In this document: one piece after another, positions 59,801-64,000 of the stretch | Layout of the letters: each line of letters starts with the position of its first letter | Position numbering within the stretch: the stretch's first letter is position 1 | DNA from: Phoronis australis | Taxonomy: Eukaryota; Animalia; Phoronida | Length of the DNA: 64,000 nucleotides | Assembly: GCA_002633005.1 (NCBI GenBank) | Contig: NMRA01000243.1 | Location: 326,280 to 390,279 of the forward strand | Direction: 5' to 3' | Position numbers and translations under genes: made by a program | The notes under the pieces: generated by a model | Database searches by the model: none | What the model saw: only the letters and a program-made list of their open reading frames with translations | What the model was told of the DNA's origin: nothing

Positions 59801-62566
59801 TGTCACGATGGGTAAATTTGTTAACAGCGTAAATGACAGGAAATGACTAATGGCAAAATTTTAATAACACAATGGCTTAACCACCTTACTAAGTTTCCTA
59901 TTAATTGCCACTTATTCTTGATAACGAAAGAAGACTAGTCCAATGATAATTCGGCTTCCCACTACGCGTCATAACGGGGAATTCCGCCTCACTTTGAAAA
60001 CATTTGTCATGTACGTACTGCATTTTCCCATTGATACTCTTGTATTGAAAACGCAGTCTACTAGTTTTAACAAAAAAGTAAAGTTTCACCGAGCGGATTT
60101 CATATTTCAGATACTTCCCGTTCAGTTTTACTCAAGTGTTTCACATACCGGCACGTGCGCCCGATTTCTGATAAAGGTGCAGCTAAACGTACATGTATAG
60201 GCCCTTGGGTATAAATTCGCGTGCGTAGGGTAATTGTAGACGGGAGACAGATTGATACTTATAACTACTAGATGGAAGCTAGCTTCTTCTTACGTAAAGT
60301 TGCGGGATCAGAGTTTGGCAAATAAAACCGCTGATATTCAACTTAAAGAAATTTTTTGTATTTTATACAAAATCTTTGAATCACGTTAAAATATACCCAA
60401 AGTCATATGTCCTTGCGTACTCTAACAACAATGGCACAAACAATTAACTGGTGGCCCCGGAAATGTCACATCCCATTTGTTCTCAGGGGATGCAAGGACA
60501 TACGGCTTTGTGGAATTTTTGTACCTGGAACCAAGATCGGAATTCCTTTTAGTGAATAACATGCAAGAACTTTGGTTTAATTTGAATTTTAGTCACCTTA
60601 TTCACCAATTGTTAATGCGTTTACTTGAGTGTAACATCTGAAACTAGTAACGGATGATTCAAAATGTTTGTCAAAGGTCTGTATACCAAAGCTAGAGATT
60701 GGTTGGCTCTCAGTACAATAAATAGCAGGGACAGAAATTGCAGCAAATTAAAAATTGATTCTGGCAAAGAAAAAAATGCAGGTTGGGGTTATCTTGCAGA
60801 GCCTAGCTTCCCTGCTACTGCATAACTCAGTATGGACTGTCATTGAAAACATGTAGCTGAGAATGCTCTGTGTCATATGGGACAAAAATTCTTTTGTTTA
60901 GGTCACAATACACCCGACAGGTGATGTTTCATATTCACTACAGAAATATCAACTTCTCGGGAAATTTTACTTTGTTGTTAGCACGACCTTGCGAAGTACG
61001 GCTGACGCTGAGCGAACATTTGCAACAGTGTAGCAAGATTTTGAAGATTGGCAATTTCATCAATTGTTTTAGTCCAAATCTAAAGTTGCTAGAATTGTGT
61101 TTGAATTTGGTAACTAAGGAGTCTAAAATCCAAGGCTATGTGGACCAAAAGGAAATGTACAAATCAGGGTAATTTGGAATATCATATCTCAGAAACGGAT
61201 GATTGTATTCATATCAAACTTCCAAACATTATGCTTTATGCACGGGTCCTGCAAACGTCTTTAGGAATTGTTTTCAAAATGTTCCATTCCCGCATGAGGG
61301 TTATCAAAACATAGGACTTTACTATTTTCATGAAACAGCTCTGAAGTAGCACAAACCGAAAATGAGATGATACCTTAGAAAACTGTAACAGTGTTTTTGG
61401 GATTTCCTATAGAGCATTAAATAGCAAATGACATTTGATCACGTTATTGATAGCATTGTTTTGTAACCAACGTATCTTTCCCAACTAATTCTAGCCATCT
61501 GATTCAGCAAACTTGGTAGATTACACCAACAATTGCAAAAAGTGCCCGTTGGAGCTCGTAATATTTTTGACGTTAAAACATCTCTAACACGTTAATCTTA
61601 GTTTGAAGATGCAGATTTCTGAGGATCCAACAATGCACTCAATAAATTTTCAAGTGAAATAAAGGGCTGAAGTCAGATGATACTTTAGAACAGTGGAGTA
61701 GAGCTGGTAGTTTCACAGTGGCCTTCACCTAGATTACGGAGCAACACTGCATACTGACACCTACCCCATTGAAATCATTTGGCATTCTCACTGGCCCCGG
61801 ACCCCTTGGCCCACCAGGGAATCTTTGATACATATTTGGCTGGAAGAGAATAGGGGAAAATTATACATATTTAATGTATGATAACAAAATTGTCAATTAA
61901 ATAATTGTAGTTTTTTCTATCTAAGGTCAATCCTAATGACTGACACGGGACAAGTTTTTGTTAACGCTAAATTGATTTCTTATCTGTGCCTCTCATTTTT
62001 CCACCAGTTCACAGCTTTCAATCAAGTCCCAGTCACAACGCCCTCTAGTGGCAGAACTCTACACGGACCGGACCTGAGCTGCCCCACATTGCTGCAAGAC
62101 TGGCTCTGTGAACCAATTTTCCTAAAGAGTTCTGTGGTGAACTCATCATAAGATGGCAGCTTGCTGCCCTATGCCAACATTGGCCAATGCAGGAAATTAA
62201 AATGATGTTTTTCATTGAGATACAAATGATAAGGGGACCCTTTCTTTACTAGCGCCACCTAGTGAATAACAAATCGCCCACAACCATCTCGACAAAGATG
62301 AATTAATAGAACTAAGCAATTCTATAACCCAGCCACATTTTAGATTTCTGGTCAAACTGGCCGTGAAAATACACACGCATGAAAATACACACGGACAGAT
62401 TCACAACTACCTGCACGTGGTTTATTTGAACATATCTGACCGCAAGTTGTGAAAATCAAATGATTTGTCAGGAACCAGTACTTACAGGAAAAAACCCTGG
62501 GGGCATTGGCCCGCCTGGCATGCCATCTTGTGGCGGCATTTGACCTAGTGGACTTGGTGCTGCATT
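30329..62566 (-). CDS. SSBP3: single-stranded DNA-binding protein SSDP/SSBP2-3-4 family (LDB1/Chip partner), 3' partial spliced CDS, 12 exons
   Basis: Exons 62566-62486, 61839-61765, 58978-58906, 49235-49174, 47971-47898, 46773-46734, 41388-41353, 38257-38206, 35155-35108, 33150-33092, 31725-31519, 30439-30329. All are GT-AG and in phase (918 nt). Motifs AAPSPLGQMPPQDGMPGGPMPPGFF, GHPGMGPMQRM, GPPGTPVMPSPQ, SPANGPGTP and the C-terminus ESAAILKIKESMQAEAKQFEKD match SSDP proteins as I recall them. The LUFS domain is upstream of the window. Confidence 0.93.
31171..31299. mobile_element. foldback insertion with 10-bp TSD, Penelope-like retroelement remnant
   Basis: tactgataaa at 31161-31170 and 31300-31309; ~37-bp inverted arms (31176-31212 / 31219-31256) followed by a unique tail. 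Confidence 0.7.
31519..31725 (-). CDS. SSBP3: SSDP exon (YPPMGPDGQMPP...SPANGPGTP...GVNP)
   Basis: tttcag|TAT...CCT|gtacgt (alternative in-frame donor at 31528). Confidence 0.9.
31843..32873 (-). mobile_element. Helentron-associated (HINE/pearl-like) element spanning an assembly gap
   Basis: Stem-loop cgctcc-ga-ggagcg plus subTIR cttggcgaaat at one end; acttggcgaaataaatttcgccaagt hairpin at the other; ~170-bp core repeats with (gat/gac)n. Confidence 0.6.
33092..33150 (-). CDS. SSBP3: SSDP exon (SSSSDMYPMMKPNMPGMPA)
   Basis: ttgcag|AC TCG...GCG|gtaagc. Confidence 0.88.
35108..35155 (-). CDS. SSBP3: SSDP candidate cassette exon (STGPYSPANHRMSRR)
   Basis: tgtttgttttgttctgccccactag|GC...G|gtgaaa; 48 nt, symmetric phase 1-1, open frame. 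Confidence 0.6.
36301..36744. mobile_element. TACC/GG-terminated MITE, about 440 bp
   Basis: taccggggttttccattgataagc ... gctcaactatggaaaatccccgta inverted termini; internal aataaatgcc..gggcgt repeats. Confidence 0.65.
38206..38257 (-). CDS. SSBP3: SSDP exon (GPQGTGPPGTPVMPSPQ)
   Basis: tttcag|GGT...CAA G|gtaaat. Confidence 0.92.
38285..38635. repeat. dispersed ctcac-rich palindromic repeat, related to 12790-13115
   Basis: Shared segments agcacggctcac and ctcacaaaacac.tcttacacaccc; the second half is a partial inverted copy. Confidence 0.55.
39954..40167. mobile_element. foldback insertion with 13-bp TSD, Penelope-like retroelement remnant
   Basis: cagtgggattgat at 39941-39953 and 40168-40180; ~68-bp near-perfect inverted arms 39955-40022 / 40067-40135; hammerhead-like ctaatga...cgaaacgtt. 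Confidence 0.8.
41353..41388 (-). CDS. SSBP3: SSDP exon (MSYGHGSPVNYN)
   Basis: aagcag|ATG...AAC|gtaagt; corresponds to the YSSxSPGNY exon. Confidence 0.85.
41440..42715. repeat. ~21-bp minisatellite array (gggagctg(t/c/a)gagttgtc(g/a)t) with degenerate flanks and an internal gap
   Basis: Dozens of copies 41690-42480; explains the spurious ORFs 41475-42645. Confidence 0.93.
44871..45930 (-). mobile_element. Helentron-associated (HINE/DINE-1/pearl-like) non-autonomous element
   Basis: subTIRs atgcgcccaca (44896-44906) and tgtgggcgcat (45915-45925); stem-loop caacgc-gga-gcgttg (44879-44893); terminal hairpin atgcatccacatat-aa-atatgtgggcgcat; (ggac)n microsatellite ~45853-45881; ~150-bp core repeats. 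Confidence 0.8.
45936..46038. mobile_element. about 100-bp palindromic MITE (tgagaaccagttt-core family)
   Basis: 42-bp inverted arms 45936-45977 / 45997-46038. Confidence 0.75.
46734..46773 (-). CDS. SSBP3: SSDP exon (PQGSRPWCGANAG)
   Basis: tttcag|A CCA...GGG|gtaggt; RPW motif. Confidence 0.85.
47898..47971 (-). CDS. SSBP3: SSDP exon (NYVRGPPPNGMGPGGPGGPMPPMS)
   Basis: ttttag|AAC...TCC AT|gtaagt. Confidence 0.9.
49174..49235 (-). CDS. SSBP3: SSDP exon (HPGMGPMQRMPGRMPGPMNP)
   Basis: ctgcag|GT CAT...CCG|gtaagt. Confidence 0.92.
49929..50032. repeat. short minisatellite (caatatccctccaatgtgatatca with extra caatatca)
   Basis: About 3.5 tandem copies. Confidence 0.9.
52651..52724. mobile_element. 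palindromic MITE copy truncated by an N gap
   Basis: tgagaaccagttt-N~21-aaactggttctc followed by N at 52725. Confidence 0.6.
53624..54107. mobile_element. hAT-like MITE with 6-bp TSD (aaacat)
   Basis: 13-bp TIRs cagggcttggaat / attccaagccctg; aaacat on both flanks; multiple subterminal gcggaa motifs. Confidence 0.85.
58906..58978 (-). CDS. SSBP3: SSDP exon (PPGSISGGQMPVPNNMDVRPGMSP)
   Basis: tttcag|CCC...CCG G|gtaagt. Confidence 0.88.
61765..61839 (-). CDS. SSBP3: SSDP exon (PNMYQRFPGGPRGPGPVRMPNDFNG)
   Basis: ttccag|CCA...GGG|gtaggt. Confidence 0.9.
62486..62566 (-). CDS. SSBP3: SSDP exon (NAAPSPLGQMPPQDGMPGGPMPPGFFP)
   Basis: cccacag|AAT...CCT|gtaagt. Confidence 0.93.
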
Positions 62567-63194
62567 CTGTGGGAGAAAAGAACAACTACATTACTTAACA
62601 AGTCTAGCTAAATTGTTGATAGTAGTAAAAATGTATGACATTAGAAACTGTAAATAGAGAATACATCTAAACTACAGTAAACATCTCGCAAAAGACTGAG
62701 TAGATTACGTGTCAGAAAAGACAGTGATGATGACTAATAGGGGGTAGAATTCCCCCCACCCCCATCACGTTGGCTAAGTGCAAGCAGAATTCTGCATCAG
62801 ATTAGCTGAAAGGCAGGTTGGGGTCATTACCCACTGTGACATAGAAACAGAATTGTGTTCGATTATCTTATTTAGCTTTATCTAAATCACTGACATGATT
62901 AAAATACCTGTACTACTAGAAAGTACAATGCACACCAGAAATAATAGGATTACGGAATTATGTGCTTGGTATCTTAGCAAAGACAGCAAACAGTGGAGAA
63001 TTTTGATTTAGCTGAAACTCTAGCGTGGAAAGAATTTAATGTCCCAACTGTGGAAATTGACAGTGAACATATCCAAATGACAGTGTTTAAACGGGAAAAA
63101 TTGATACACCGGCACAATAGCAGATCATTATAACATAGGTATTGCCAGTGACCGGAGACTTTATCGGTTATACGGACGAAAACGCATTTTTAAG

Positions 63195-63335
63195 ATTATT
63201 GTTGGATGGGACAGACTTCTTGAAGTTGTTGTTATTGTTGGGTGGGATAGACTTCTTGAAGTTATTATTGTTGGATGGGACAGACTTCTTGAAGTTATTA
63301 TTATTGTTGGGTGGGACAGACATCTTGAATTTATT
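63195..63335. repeat. 33-36-bp minisatellite, 4 copies
   Basis: ttattgttgg(a/g)tggga(c/t)agacttcttgaag units; explains the repeated DFLKLLLL in ORF 63142-63450. Confidence 0.9.
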
Positions 63336-64000
63336 AGTTTTGACCAGAACTATAAAGCAACACGTTTGCGGTGTTTTTTTTTTATTCTGTTACAAATCGC
63401 CAATTCTTGGAATCGCTTCCATCCAAACATATATATATACATGCTGCTGAAAATTTTGGTAAAACTAGCCAGGTGAAATACAGCTGTACGAGGGTGGTTT
63501 TTCACAGGAGAAATGTGCCCTCGTAAATTAGACAAGATAAAATTGTATGTTTTCTACAACCTGAGAACAGGTCAATGAAAGTGAAAGCGTCGGTCAAAAT
63601 AGCTAAGACAGAACATTATTTTTTGCTTTCGGTACTCAACTCGGCTTCTCTTATCAATTTACAGCTCTGTTGAACAGAAAGGCACAACATAATAACCTTT
63701 TCAGATGATAAGTTTTAAAGAGGCAATAAACCTGCACCCTGTGCCCAAAAAACCAAGTTCTGATTTAGACCAGTCATCACTAATTAGCTTTCTCCTTACT
63801 CAGAAAAGAAACGATTTCTCGGCCCGAGAGGCAGTGAAAGGTGGTTACAACAGCAGGCACGGTCCATTAAGGTCAGGGAAGGTCAATTTCATTGTCTAAG
63901 TTATATGACCACTCAGGGGAATTCTAGCCGATATGCTGTGACCGATTTCAATTCACACAATGGATAAAAATGCCATGGCGTTGAAAGCGCAAATGTGCTG

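Noticed and set aside
63142-63450. ORF with repeated DFLKLLLL motif
   Set aside because: Product of a 33-36-bp minisatellite antisense within an SSDP intron

Overview
This is AT-rich eukaryotic (animal) genomic DNA with GT-AG introns and assembly gaps (N at 13790, 32170-32795, 42086-42180, 52725). A marine invertebrate source is inferred, not shown. Three spliced genes were reconstructed by hand with consistent exon phases. (1) The 3' part of DNAJC14/Jiv on + (8 exons, 233-6242; J domain with HPD plus Jiv90 zinc domain). (2) A complete type II Golgi membrane coiled-coil gene, GOLM1/GOLM2(CASC4)-like, on - (5 exons, 21239-10099). (3) The 3' part of SSDP/SSBP2-3-4 on - (12 exons, 62566-30329; the N-terminal LUFS exons lie beyond the window). 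Most ORF-track entries are spurious. The rest is introns and intergenic DNA full of non-autonomous mobile elements: hAT-like MITEs with 5- and 6-bp target-site duplications (TSDs), two Helentron-type (HINE/pearl-like) elements (one carrying an array of CTCF-like motifs), two Penelope-like foldback insertions with 10- and 13-bp TSDs, a small palindromic family, and minisatellites. An apparent haplotype duplication exposes both the filled and the empty site of one MITE. No CRISPR, rRNA, intact tRNA or autonomous transposase was found. I cannot support a claim of a wholly new biological system; the best leads are the mobile-element architectures and candidate alternative exons.
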